This document shows positions 54,271-64,000 of a stretch of 64,000 nt of DNA, in pieces (the stretch's first letter is position 1; each line of letters opens with the position of its first letter). Source of the stretch: an uncultured Gemmatimonadales bacterium (GTDB lineage: Bacteria; Gemmatimonadota; Gemmatimonadetes; Gemmatimonadales; GWC2-71-9); assembly GCA_963821525.1 (NCBI GenBank), contig CAWGED010000003.1, forward strand, positions 64,001-128,000, given 5' to 3'. The position numbers and the translations under genes were made by a program. The notes beneath the pieces were generated by a model that searched no databases, was not told the DNA's origin, and was given only the letters and a program-made list of their open reading frames with translations.

Positions 54271-57142
54271 TGCCTCTCGCTGATTGCCGATTGACGATTT
54301 CCGATTGCCGATTGAGAGCAACGAACGTCAGATCTGCGGTCAATCGGCAATCAGCAATCGGCAATCGGTTCGAATTGTTAACCCTCGCCGCCGTGGCAGG
54401 TCTCAAGGAAACCGGTAACGCTCGACGGTCGTCCCGGAACGCCACCAGGTCGCGGTACGCAGACGAATGAATCCAGGGGAGGCCTCGCAGTCCCAGGCGC
54501 GAGGCTTCCCCGAACAGCGCCAGAGCCCCTGTGTAGTCTCCCTGGATCGCAGCCATTCGAGCGCGAAACATCGTGTACTCTCCACGCTCCGCGGGTGCGA
54601 CGGCGCCCAGCGTGTCGGGTGCGGACCCGGTGCGCGCTGCGGCGAGAGCGGCGAGCGCTCGGTACTGCAGCCGGTCCGGGTCCTTCACTGCAAGCGAATC
54701 GAAGATCCGGCGGCTCCGCGCCCATTCGCCGAGGTCATAAAGCGCGCTCCCCAGCCAATAGAGATGGGACTCGTCCCCCGGTTGTACCCGGAGCTGTCCC
54801 TCAAGCCATGACTTGCCGCGAATCAGGTATTGGGTGCCGGCCTCGGTCCAACCGTGGGTGACCAGCTCTTCGCCCGCCACGACCATCGCCGCGCCTTGAG
54901 ACCAGTAGGTAGCCGGCGGCAGAGCACGAGCGACAAAGAGCACGGTGTCGACCGCCGCGGCCCGTCCCTCCGCCGCCAAAGCGCGCACCTCTAGCGTGAG
55001 CCCCACGCGTCGATCCGGATACCGGTAGCGGAGTTCCCGCGCAGCCTCCAGCTCGCGCTCGTGATCTCCCACCAGATGGAGCGCGTGAGTGAGCTGAGTC
55101 CAATAAGAGGACCAGCCTCTCATGTCTCCCCGCTCCGGCTCGAGAGTCTCCAACGCCGCGAGCGCCTCCTGAGGACGGTCCGTTGAGAGGCTCGCCACCG
55201 CCAGGTTGTAGGTCGCCATCGACGCGGGAGCCTCGGCGGACGCCTTTCGGAGTGCGATGACCTCGGCCTCGCCGTCTCCCGCCAGGAGTGCGTCGAGTGA
55301 TTCGAGCCGCAATCGCTGGTAGTCTCCCAGCTTCGACTCCCGGAGGTGGATCTCCCGCACGATGGAATCGGTCAGCTTCGCATCGCCCAGGTTCCAGCTC
55401 GCAATGCCGGCACTGAGGAGGGCGCCGACGAATTCGGTATCGGCCAGGAAGGCACGGCGGTACGCTGTCATGGCACCCACATAGTCCTGGTTCCGGAATC
55501 GCTCCGCTCCTCCCTCGAAGATCTGATAGGCTTCGAACGTGGGCGGCCGCTGCTCCAGCTGTCTCGCATGAGTGATCTCGTCCTCGGTCCACAGCGCGAT
55601 CATTCCCATCAACCGGTCGCGCATCGCCTCGATTCCGACCTGCGGCGCCGTGCGGCTGGTCATGATCGGCGCGATGGTGCCGAGCACGCGGCCCCGAACG
55701 GCGTCCGCCACTTCGAGCCGGAATTGCAGCGAATCGCCAAGCAGATAGTAGGAGCCGGTCACCACCGTGCCCGCACCGGTTTCCTCTCGCAGGAAGCTGA
55801 CGGGATTAACACTGCGGCCGGCCTCGCGTTGCGTCTGGAGCAGCTGGCTCGCTTGAAGAGACGTGGGCCAGGGAACAACAGGGACGAGACCGGTCGCCTG
55901 CAGTCCCTGAGTGAGCCAGTCACCCGCCATTCGGCCCCAGGGGTCGAGACTGGGATCTCCGGTCTCGTTGGTGAATCCGAGGACGGTGATCGGCGTCGGC
56001 AGACTGCCTGCGCTCGGCGGAGGGGGTCGAGTGGCTCGCCAGACGGCAAAGCCGCCGAGGGAGAGCACGACCGCCACGGCCAGCAGGGCCAGGCGCGAAA
56101 GGGACCTGCGGGGTGTCGCTGCGGTAGTCGGGACGCCGAGTGCGTCCAGCGCCGCTACGATCTCCCCGGCATTCGCCGGGCGGCGGGACGGTTCGGTCGC
56201 AAGGCAGCGCGCTACCAGCCGGGCAACGGATTCCGGCAGCTCCAGCCGATGGGCTCGGACTCCGCCGGTGTCCACCTCTCCCGCTTTCTCCGGCGGCAGC
56301 GGCAGCCTGCCGGTCAGCGTCTCATGGGCCAGGGTGCCCCAGGCGTAGAGGTCGGCGCGATGGTCGAGCGAGGGGTCGGAGATGCGCTGTTCGGGAGGCA
56401 TGTAGGCCGGCGTGCCCACGGCGAACCCGTGGTCCGTCAGCTCCATCGAGTCCTGCTCGTCCACCAGCTTTGCTATTCCGAAATCCATCAGGAAGGCATG
56501 GTTCCCCACCCAGAGCACGTTGCCCGGCTTGAGGTCCCGGTGCACCACGCCGGCGCGGTGAGCATGCGCCAGTGCGTCTGCGAGATCTCGCAGCAGGGAC
56601 AACGCATCACGAATGGGAAGGGGACCAGCCCGGTCCAGTCGCTGCCGCAACGTCTCTCCTTCGACGTACGGCATGACGTAGTACAGGAGCCCCCGCGCTT
56701 CGCCCGAGTCGATCAGGCCAAGGATATGGGGATGAGCCAGACGGGCGGCGATCCGGACTTCTCTCAGGAACCGGTCAACGCCGTAGCGGGCGGCGATCTG
56801 GGGCTTGAGAACCTTGATGACCACACGACGCCCGTGCTTTTTCTCGTGGGCCAGGAAGACCGACGCCATGCCGCCCTCACCCAGGAGCCGCTCCACGTCG
56901 TACCGGTCGGCCAACGCCTCGGCGACGGTTTCCTGAAGCACGGCGCGCGTGTCGGGGACAGCATCGCTCTCCAGGATCCCCTGGCGCAGCTGGTGCGCCT
57001 TGAGCATGGCGTAGACCTCGGCCCGAAGGGCAGGGTCGTCGGCACAGGCCGATTCCAGCCAGTTCGCCCTCGCTTCTTCGGGCAACTCGAGCGCCTGGTC
57101 GAAGAGGTTGCTCAGCCGGTTCCAGCGAGGATCCGAAGTCAT
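54074..57142 (-). CDS. Hanks-type Ser/Thr kinase with TM helix and TPR-like C-terminal region (true 3' end probably near 54380)
   Basis: LGEGGMASV, VIKVL, HRDLKPGN, DFGIAK, GTPAYMPPEQ; N-terminal ACADDPALRAEV helix typical of ECF-linked kinases. Confidence 0.9.
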   Translation of the reverse strand: MTSDPRWNRLSNLFDQALELPEEARANWLESACADDPALRAEVYAMLKAHQLRQGILESDAVPDTRAVLQETVAEALADRYDVERLLGEGGMASVFLAHEKKHGRRVVIKVLKPQIAARYGVDRFLREVRIAARLAHPHILGLIDSGEARGLLYYVMPYVEGETLRQRLDRAGPLPIRDALSLLRDLADALAHAHRAGVVHRDLKPGNVLWVGNHAFLMDFGIAKLVDEQDSMELTDHGFAVGTPAYMPPEQRISDPSLDHRADLYAWGTLAHETLTGRLPLPPEKAGEVDTGGVRAHRLELPESVARLVARCLATEPSRRPANAGEIVAALDALGVPTTAATPRRSLSRLALLAVAVVLSLGGFAVWRATRPPPPSAGSLPTPITVLGFTNETGDPSLDPWGRMAGDWLTQGLQATGLVPVVPWPTSLQASQLLQTQREAGRSVNPVSFLREETGAGTVVTGSYYLLGDSLQFRLEVADAVRGRVLGTIAPIMTSRTAPQVGIEAMRDRLMGMIALWTEDEITHARQLEQRPPTFEAYQIFEGGAERFRNQDYVGAMTAYRRAFLADTEFVGALLSAGIASWNLGDAKLTDSIVREIHLRESKLGDYQRLRLESLDALLAGDGEAEVIALRKASAEAPASMATYNLAVASLSTDRPQEALAALETLEPERGDMRGWSSYWTQLTHALHLVGDHERELEAARELRYRYPDRRVGLTLEVRALAAEGRAAAVDTVLFVARALPPATYWSQGAAMVVAGEELVTHGWTEAGTQYLIRGKSWLEGQLRVQPGDESHLYWLGSALYDLGEWARSRRIFDSLAVKDPDRLQYRALAALAAARTGSAPDTLGAVAPAERGEYTMFRARMAAIQGDYTGALALFGEASRLGLRGLPWIHSSAYRDLVAFRDDRRALPVSLRPATAARVNNSNRLPIADCRLTADLTFVALNRQSEIVNRQSARGIRLPSPRWPGSSASAGRGTTTHPAASPRCDQRGRNRWHRRIARHSASRHNRHCGIPRSTPALRPR
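54279..54369. repeat. Heptamer-arm inverted repeat (GATTGCC / GGCAATC)
   Basis: gctgattgccgattgacgatttccgattgccgattg ... caatcggcaatcagcaatcggcaatcgg. Confidence 0.85.
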
Positions 57143-57716
57143 CTCGAAGGATAGAGCTCCTTGTAGAGCCAGGCCCGCGCCTTGAGCCAGTCCCGATGCA
57201 CAGTGCGTTCGCTCACCCCGAGCAGCTCTCCGATCTCCGCATCGGTGAGACCCGAGAAATAGCGGAACTCCACGACGGTCTGGAGCCGCGGCGCCTGCTC
57301 TCCAGGCGAGTCAGCGCGTCGTCCAACGCCAGAATCTCGTCCGAAGGCATCTCCTCGCCCGGCGCCAGTCCGTCGATCGTGGTGTGGTAGAAGGCCCCGC
57401 CGCGCTTTCCGGCGTTCCTGCGACGAGCATGGTCTACCAATACCTGGCGCATGGCCCGCGCGGCGACACCGAGGAAATGCGCTCGATTGTGCAGGGGCTC
57501 CGGGGTGGGACCGGCGAGTTTGAACCAGGCCTCGTGAACCAGCTCGGTAGGACGCAGGGTGTGGTCCTCGCGTTCCCGACGAAGCGCCCGCTGCGCAGCG
57601 CGGCGCAGCTCATCGTAGACCAGGGGGAACAACTGATCGGCCGCCTTCTCGTCTCCGGTGCGGAGGCGCTGAAGCAAGCCGGTGACCTCTCCTGCAGGAT
57701 TGGAATCCTGGCTCAT
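57139..57716 (-). CDS. ECF sigma factor, TIGR02999-like (frameshift near 57295)
   Basis: LFPLVYDELRR, HTLRPTELVHEAW, AARAMRQVLVDHAR, DWLKARAWLYKEL; ATGA overlap with kinase start. Confidence 0.9.
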
Positions 57717-57772
57717 GTGGCTGGACTATCACTCACCGTTTGATCGTTCGTCGAGTTCTGGTCCGCCGCCCC

Positions 57773-58944
57773 TCAGTGCTTCTCCACCCGATAGATCCGC
57801 CCCGACGCCATCACCCATACAGCTCCCCTCGAGCGTCCTCGCCAAAGGATACGGTGTTATCAGCTAAGCCATTCACCAGTGGGATCGGAATTTCAGGCAG
57901 CAACTCCTGGGGATACTCTCCATCCAGCTGAAGCTGCGGATCCCCGGAGCAGAAAGTCCCCATAGAAGTAGGTGCCCTGTGAACTCAGGGGAAGTCCTGG
58001 CCCGATGCACATACCCGCGCCGTCACCGGCAGGCGAGTCCGTGCGGATACTCGAACACCGGTTCCACCAAGCCGAGGGTGAAACAATTGGTACTCGGCTG
58101 GAAACAGTTCTTCCCCTCCTCGATCGGCCAGCCGAAGTTGTTCCGCCCACGACGGGTGCCGGGACATGATCAACCTCCTCCCACAGTCCTCTCCTGACAT
58201 CGCCGATGTAGAGGTCTCCGTTGGCGCGGTCGAAGCTCCAGCGCCACGGATTGCGGAAGCCGAGCTGCCAGATCTCCCCCCGCCATCCGGGTCTGCCGAC
58301 GTAGGGATTATCCGGCGGAACCACATAGGGTGCCGCACCATCAACGTCGAGGCGGAGAATCTTCCAGTAGCGATGTGCTGTCCTGCGCATGACTGGCCGG
58401 ACCGCCATCACGTCCCCGTCGCCCAGACTGATGTAGAGCTTGCCATCCTGTCCGAACGCGATCATCCCGCCGTAGAGCACGGCGGTGGCCGATTGAACCT
58501 GCCCAGGATCACCTTGCGGCTCGCCGGGTCGGCAGTGTCGAAATCGGAATTCGCCTGATATTCCACGACCCGGGTATTGGCGCCGTTGTCTACGTAGTAA
58601 ACGAAGAGTCGCCGGTTCTGGGCATACTGCGGGTGAAAGGCCAGAGTGTATACCCCATACTCGTGTCCTTGCCCGGTGAGACTGGTAAGGTCGAGGAACG
58701 GGTTGGGCTGGCGGACGCCGTCCTTGAGCAGCCAGATCTTCCCACCCCGCTCGATCACTATCGTGCGGTGGGTGTCGCCCGGCGGAGCGGTCAGGTAGAC
58801 CGAGAAGTCATACCCGCTGTCCACGGCGGCGAGTACTAGACCCGAGCCGGGCTCCGAGGGGGACGAGGACGAATCGCTACAGGCCGTGGCGGCGACGACC
58901 CCCAGGGTCGCAAACCAGGCCAGCCGGGTCGGATACGTCTGCAT
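57773..58944 (-). CDS. PQQ-dependent glucose/sorbosone dehydrogenase-family lipoprotein (many frameshifts)
   Basis: Lipobox TAC, LAFHPQY, GGMIAFGQDGKLYISLGDG, PPDNPY, GFRNPWRWSFD, SFGED. Confidence 0.82.
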
Positions 58945-58990
58945 GGCTGAAAGATAGATCAGACCGGGCCAATCGTTATATTTGCTGCCC

Positions 58991-60207
58991 ATGGATCCCT
59001 CACTCTATTTCTCCGAGCAACACCACCAGGTTCGCGAGATGGTCCGGGAGTTCTCCCGGAAGGAAGTGGCGCCCGTCGCCCGCGATCTGGATCGCACCGC
59101 CGAATTCCCCTGGTCCAACATCAAGCAGATGGGCGAGCTTGGCCTGCTCGGCGTGCCCTGGAGCGAGGAGCTGGGCGGGGCAGGGATGGACCAGCTTTGC
59201 TATTACATCACGATCCACGAAATGGCAAAGGTGGACGCGAGTCACGCGCTCACCATCAGCGCTCACACCAACCTCGGCACCTCACCGATCGTCGAGTTCG
59301 GCACCGACGAGCAGAAGAAACGCTACGTCCCGCTGCTCGCATCGGGGAAGGTGATGGGAGGATTTGGACTGACCGAAGCCGGCGCTGGTAGCGATGCAGG
59401 GGGAACGGCGACCACCGCCGTCGCCAAGGGTGACCACTACGTCATCAACGGCGCCAAGGTCTTCATCACTCACGCAGGTGTGGGCGAGATCTTCGTCGCT
59501 ACCGCGCGCACCGAGCCCGGCAAAGGAAACCGCGGCATCACCAGCTTCATCGTCACGAAGGACACGGTTGACATCGACAAGTGCCGCCAGGTCGGCGTCG
59601 GCCACGCGGAGGATCTGCCGAAGATTGCCGGAGTGAGGGCGGGAAGAAGGAAGACAAGATGGGCTGGCGCGCCAGCGACACCCGCGAGCTGATCTTCGAG
59701 GATGCCAAGGTTCCCAAGGAAAACATGCTCGGCAAGTCAGGCGAGGGATTCGTGAATTTCCTGAAGACGCTCGACGCCGGCCGGATCGGCATCGCCGCGC
59801 TCTCGCTCGGCATCGCCGAAGGCGCCTATGAAGCGGCGCTCAACTACGCGGGCGTCCGCAAACAATTCGGAAAGCCGATCGGCTCCTTCCAGGGCGTCCA
59901 CTTCCAGCTGGCCGACATGGCGCTCGAGATCGAGGCCGGCACCCATCTGCTCTACCACGCCGCCTGGCTCAAGCAGAACGGGAAGCCGTTCAAGAAGGAA
60001 GCGGCGATGGCCAAGCTGTACTGCTCGGAGCTGGCGATGCGCGTCACCACGAAAGCCGTCCAGATCTTCGGTGGATACGGTTATACCACCGATTATCCGG
60101 TCGAGCGCATGATGCGGGACGCGAAAGTCTGCGAAATCGGGGAGGGAACCAGCGAGATCCAGCGTATCGTGATCGCCCGCCAAATCCTGGGGGACGTGGT
60201 TCAATAG
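58991..60207 (+). CDS. Acyl-CoA dehydrogenase, short/branched-chain type (frameshift near 59645)
   Basis: [57 protein letters not shown]. Confidence 0.92.
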
Positions 60208-60226
60208 CCGTAACCGACCCGAAATA

Positions 60227-60255
60227 TTGCTCTAAACTCATTCGATCCATATATT
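60227..60255 (+). promoter_or_regulatory. Putative sigma70 promoter upstream of the rne/rng leader
   Basis: TTGCTC-17 bp-TATATT in a locally AT-rich patch. Confidence 0.65.
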
Positions 60256-60568
60256 TAGCCCATGTCTCCGGCATACATGGGCTCTTGGCTTCTCGGCTGG
60301 ACGGCCGCCTGGTTGTGGCGCGCCGGCTGGTGGGGAGTCGGCTCCGTTGCCCGGGCGGAACTCCTTCCGCCTGCTCAGTTTCGCAGTATCGGGTCATGTA
60401 GTTCCCGCCGGGGTCCCCCCCGGCGTTCGCGTAGTGCCGTCTCTTCTCCTTTGGCTGGCCCAGCGCTGTCCGCGGCCGGCCGAATCCCCATTTCGATGAC
60501 CAGTGCGGCCCCACCCGGGAGTTTTAGCGATCCTGGGCTTTGGTGGAACGCGGTCGAGGTTCCCACGC

Positions 60569-62282
60569 GTGAAGCGCGAGATTCTCATCAACGGAAGCCA
60601 GCGGGAAACCCGCGTGGCAATTCTCGAGGACGATCGTTTAGTCGAACTGCTGGTGGACCGGGCCGACCACCGGCGTACCGTTGGAGACATTTACAAGGGT
60701 CGGGTTGAAGCAGTTCTGCCCGGGATCCAGGCGGCCTTCGTTGACATAGGCCTGGAAAAAAGCGCCTTCCTGCACGCCTCCGATCTCCTCGAACCCGACG
60801 AGGACGAGGAGGATTCCGACGAAAACGAAGACGCCTTCGACACCCCCGATCCGGGGCTCGCAATCGAACAACCGGAGGAGGCTGTCGCGGCCGAGGATAC
60901 CGGCGGGAACGGCGGAAGCGCAGGGAATGGCGGGAACGGCCGCCGTCGCCGCGAGCGTCGTGGTCGCCGGGCCGGAGATCCCAACAGTGGCTCCGCCTCC
61001 GAGCCGCGCCAGCGCGAAGTGCACCCTCGCCGTCCCCTCCCCAACATCCAGGATGTTCTAAAGAAGGGCCAAACCCTCCTTGTGCAGGTCACCAAGGAAC
61101 CGATCAGCACCAAGGGCTGCCGGGTCACGGCGCAGATCTCCCTGCCGGGTCGCTTCCTGGTCTACATGCCGTACGCCTCCAAGGTCGGGGTCAGCCGGAA
61201 GATCGAGAGCCGCGAGCTACGCGGCCGCCTGCGGGAGATGGTGAGCGGTCTTGTGCCCAAGGATTCCGGCGGCATGATCGTCCGCACCGTCGCCGAGGGG
61301 GTGACGGAAGAGCATTTCAAGCGCGAGGTGGATTCGCTCCTGCACGCGTGGAAGAAGATCAACCGGAAGGAGACCTTCGTCCGCGCCCCCGCACTCGTTC
61401 AGCGGGAGACCAGCCTCACCCGCGGCATCATCCGCGATCTCTTCAGCGCCAAGGTTGACGCGCTGCACGTGGATTCGAAGGAGCTGTACAACGAGGTAGA
61501 GCAGTACCTGAAGCAGATCGATCCGGAGCTGATGTCCCGGGTGACGATGTACAACGACTCGACCTCGCTCTTCGACAAGTTTGACGTCGAGAACGAAATC
61601 CGGGATCTGTTCAAGGCCCGCTGCGATCTCCCGACCGGCGGCTACATCATCATCCAGCCCACCGAAGCGCTGGTCTCGATCGACGTCAACACCGGTCGCT
61701 ACACCGGCAAGAAGGATCCCGAGAAGACCATCCTCAAGACCAACCTCGAGTCGGCACGCGAGATCGCGCGGCAGATCCGGCTCCGGGACATCGGCGGGAT
61801 CATCGTCTGCGACTTCATCGACATGGAGAGCCGGCAGAACCGGGACCGGGTGCTCCAGGAGCTCCGATCCCACCTGGGTCGAGATCGGGCCCGGACCAAG
61901 GCGTTCGCCGTGTCGGAGCTGGGTCTGGTCGAGATGACCCGCCAGCGGGTGCGCCCATCGCTCTGGCATTCGATGACCACCGAATGCCCCAGCCTGCGCC
62001 GGGACCGGACGGGTATTCACGCCGGAAGCGGTGGCCCGCCGGCTGGAGCGGTCCCTCAAGCGGGCAGGGAGGGAGCGCCGGGAGCGGCAGATCGCGGTCC
62101 GGCTGCACCCGGAGGTAGCGCTTTATCTCCTGGAAGAGGAGCCCAAGCTGATTCACACCCTGGGCAAGGCCACGGGGCTGGAGCTGGAGGTGCGGGACGA
62201 CCCGATGATGCGGCTGGACGAGTTCCGGCTCATGAGCCGGCCGGCCGGGCGGGACGTGACGGAGCTTTACGCGGTCGCCTAG
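60569..62282 (+). CDS. Rne/Rng-family ribonuclease (frameshift near 61990)
   Basis: VGDIYKGRV..VLPGIQAAFVDIG, VQVTKEPISTKG, IDVNTG, RLRDIGGIIVCDFIDM, EMTRQR; acidic/Arg-rich insert in S1 domain. Confidence 0.93.
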
Positions 62283-62319
62283 AGGAGACCTTGGCAGGGG
62301 TTCGGTTCGGCGTGTTCGA

Positions 62320-62382
62320 CTCGTCCGCCCGTCCGCCGGTCCGGTCAGTACGTCCGCCGGTCCGTTGTCCGCCCCGTCCGCT
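62320..62382. repeat. Degenerate 8-mer tandem repeat (GTCCGCCS)
   Basis: gtccgcccgtccgccggtccggtcagtacgtccgccggtccgttgtccgccccgtccgc. Confidence 0.6.
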
Positions 62383-62388
62383 TGCCCC

Positions 62389-62417
62389 TTGCTAGAACCC
62401 CATCCGCCAATTAGAGT
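62389..62417 (+). promoter_or_regulatory. Putative sigma70 promoter for rplU-rpmA
   Basis: TTGCTA-17 bp-TAGAGT. Confidence 0.55.
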
Positions 62418-62460
62418 TACGGGCTCTTTTCCACCCGTTTTCGACTACGAGTCGGTACCC

Positions 62461-62775
62461 ATGTACGTAATTTTCCGTGCGCTCGGCAAACAGTTCCGGG
62501 CAGAAAAAGGCCAGACGGTCCGTCTGCCGCTGATGGATGCGGAGCCGGGCAGCAAGGTCACCTTCGATGAGGTGCTGCTTTCATCGGATGGGGAGACCAT
62601 CAACGCCGGCACCCCGCTGGTAAAGGGTGCGAAGGTCGTGGCCGAAGTCGTCGGGATGGGCAAGGAGCCCAAGATCTACGTCTGGCGCTTCAAGCGCCGG
62701 AAGAACGTGCGCCGGAAGACCGGCCACCGTCAGAAGTTCACCGAAGTGCGGATCACCGACGTGAAGGTCGGCTGA
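62461..62775 (+). CDS. rplU: 50S ribosomal protein L21
   Basis: [24 protein letters not shown]. Confidence 0.96.
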   Translation: MYVIFRALGKQFRAEKGQTVRLPLMDAEPGSKVTFDEVLLSSDGETINAGTPLVKGAKVVAEVVGMGKEPKIYVWRFKRRKNVRRKTGHRQKFTEVRITDVKVG

Positions 62776-62782
62776 GGGCGAT

Positions 62783-63052
62783 ATGGCACACAAGAAAGGC
62801 GTAGGCTCGAGCCGCAACGGCCGCACCAGCAATCCGAAGTACCTCGGCGTGAAGCGCTACGGTGGGGAGCAGGTCACCGCGGGCAACATCCTGGTGAAGC
62901 AGCGCGGTACCAAGTTCCACCCCGGCAAGAATGTCGGCCGCGGCAATGACGACACCCTGTTCGCCCTGGTGAACGGCACCGTCAAGTTCGAGCACAAGGA
63001 CAAGAAGCGGATGCAGGTTTCCGTCTATCCCGCGGTGGCTTCCGCGAGCTGA
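62783..63052 (+). CDS. rpmA: 50S ribosomal protein L27
   Basis: [23 protein letters not shown]. Confidence 0.98.
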   Translation: MAHKKGVGSSRNGRTSNPKYLGVKRYGGEQVTAGNILVKQRGTKFHPGKNVGRGNDDTLFALVNGTVKFEHKDKKRMQVSVYPAVASAS

Positions 63053-63092
63053 TTCGCTCCGTCCTGAAACATCTCGCCAAAATCACCGTTAG

Positions 63093-63126
63093 ATTCCCCC
63101 TGTAGGGTCAACCACAGGGGGATTTT
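63093..63126 (+). terminator. Terminator-like hairpin after rpmA
   Basis: tccccctgt ... acaggggga followed by tttt. Confidence 0.55.
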
Positions 63127-63127
63127 C

Positions 63128-63460
63128 ATGTCCGGTATTCTCGACAAACTGAACAAGGAACTCGAGCAGTTCGGCCGGCGGGCTCAGGCCGCGCTCGATG
63201 AAGGGAAACTGCAGCTGGAGCGGATGCGCCTGCGCCGGGAGCAGGACGAGGCGGCCCGCCAGCTGGGGATGCTGCACTATCGGAAGACTCGGGGGCAGGA
63301 AGTCGATCCCCTGGAGCTCGACGCCTACCTGGTCAAGCTCGACAATCTGGCCACCGCGCTGGCGCGGGTTGACCAGGACATCGCCGCGACCAAGCGGGAG
63401 GAAAGTCCCGAGAGCGAATCGGCGGAGACTCCAGCCGAGCCCGCGGCACGGTCAGACTGA
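63128..63460 (+). CDS. Hypothetical coiled-coil protein
   Basis: 110 aa with genome-typical codon usage; helical, charged. Confidence 0.65.
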   Translation: MSGILDKLNKELEQFGRRAQAALDEGKLQLERMRLRREQDEAARQLGMLHYRKTRGQEVDPLELDAYLVKLDNLATALARVDQDIAATKREESPESESAETPAEPAARSD

Positions 63461-63511
63461 AGGACTGGCTGGAGACGAATGCAACCTGTCGTCCGGCTGC
63501 CAGCGCAGCCG

Positions 63512-64000
63512 TTACAGCGAGCGTGACATGACCCGATCGCGCTGGCGATCGGTCCCCACCATGAACGAGTGCTCTCCCACGTCCACGAACCCACACTTCC
63601 GGTAGAACGCCTGGGCCCGGGCGTTTCGTTCCCACACGCCGAGCCAAAGAGTTCTGGCTCCTCTGCGGATTGCTTCTTCGTCCACCGCCGCCATCAACCG
63701 TCGCGCCAACCCCTGGCCCTGCCAGGGGGAGTCCACGTAGAAGCGATACAACTCGATCGGCGCTTGGCCGGTGACGCATGATGGTGCGGGGCCGGTTCGG
63801 ACCTGCGCGTACCCGGCCAGACTTTTTCCCTCCTCCGCGAGCAGCGTCGTCCACGCAGGATCCCGGAGCTCGGCGCCCTGCTGGGCCGGCCCATAGGCCT
63901 TGGCGAGATAGAGTGCCAGGTCTTCTGGGGTGTTCTCCGCTCCGAACGGCTCGCTGAAGGTGCGCGCGGCGAAGCGGGCCAGCTCCTCGGCGTCACTCAC
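63512..64000 (-). CDS. GNAT acetyltransferase, PaiA-like (5' truncated by window)
   Basis: IELYRFYVDSPWQGQGLA, LWLGVWERNARAQAFYRKCGF. Confidence 0.88.
   Translation of the reverse strand: MSDAEELARFAARTFSEPFGAENTPEDLALYLAKAYGPAQQGAELRDPAWTTLLAEEGKSLAGYAQVRTGPAPSCVTGQAPIELYRFYVDSPWQGQGLARRLMAAVDEEAIRRGARTLWLGVWERNARAQAFYRKCGFVDVGEHSFMVGTDRQRDRVMSRSL

Noticed and set aside
4107..54369. Repeat tracts as CRISPR arrays
   Set aside because: Units are 7-9 bp in tandem without regular unique spacers, and no cas genes are present
54074..54378. Kinase C-terminal extension overlapping the convergent GNAT gene
   Set aside because: It translates the heptamer repeat (LPIADCRL, NRQS) and is probably read-through caused by an indel
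60262..60568. RNase P RNA, tmRNA or SRP RNA
   Set aside because: I found no GAGGAAAGTCC core, tRNA-like ends or SRP loop on either strand
1..64000. Mass pseudogenisation or programmed frameshifting
   Set aside because: 1-bp shifts are scattered, hit essential aspS, and I saw no accompanying in-frame nonsense decay; long-read indel error is the simpler explanation

Overview
High-GC (roughly 65-70% by eye) bacterial chromosome segment, most likely Gemmatimonadota (inferred from gene content and style). About half the genes, including essential aspS, carry 1-bp frameshifts, which points to long-read indel errors, so split ORFs are reported as single genes with approximate ends. Order: HD-GYP, trpA, GAF-chemoreceptor, folK, panB, panC, yqeK-like HD, LytR-C; a serine-cycle enzyme block (gck divergent from sgaA-mcl-mtkA-mtkB-hpr-ppc); three paralogous lipoprotein subtilases around rlmN; ptsN-aspS-phoH-7TM-HD-ybeY-two CNNM/CorC-mgtE; a small accessory patch (ABM, ChaA, epoxide hydrolase, TonB receptor); a B12 acyl-CoA mutase/branched acyl-CoA cluster (meaB, mutase with isobutyryl-CoA-mutase residues, aeRF1-like protein, HAD, B12 subunit, carboxyltransferase, TPP-II-like peptidase, split AtuA, crotonase); recQ, GNAT, ECF sigma plus Ser/Thr kinase, PQQ sugar dehydrogenase, acyl-CoA dehydrogenase, rne/rng with a long structured leader, rplU-rpmA. 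About ten gene junctions hold long palindromes whose arms are tandem 7-mers (some 9-mers), with a different unit at most sites. No rRNA, tRNA, CRISPR array, transposase or integrase was seen.
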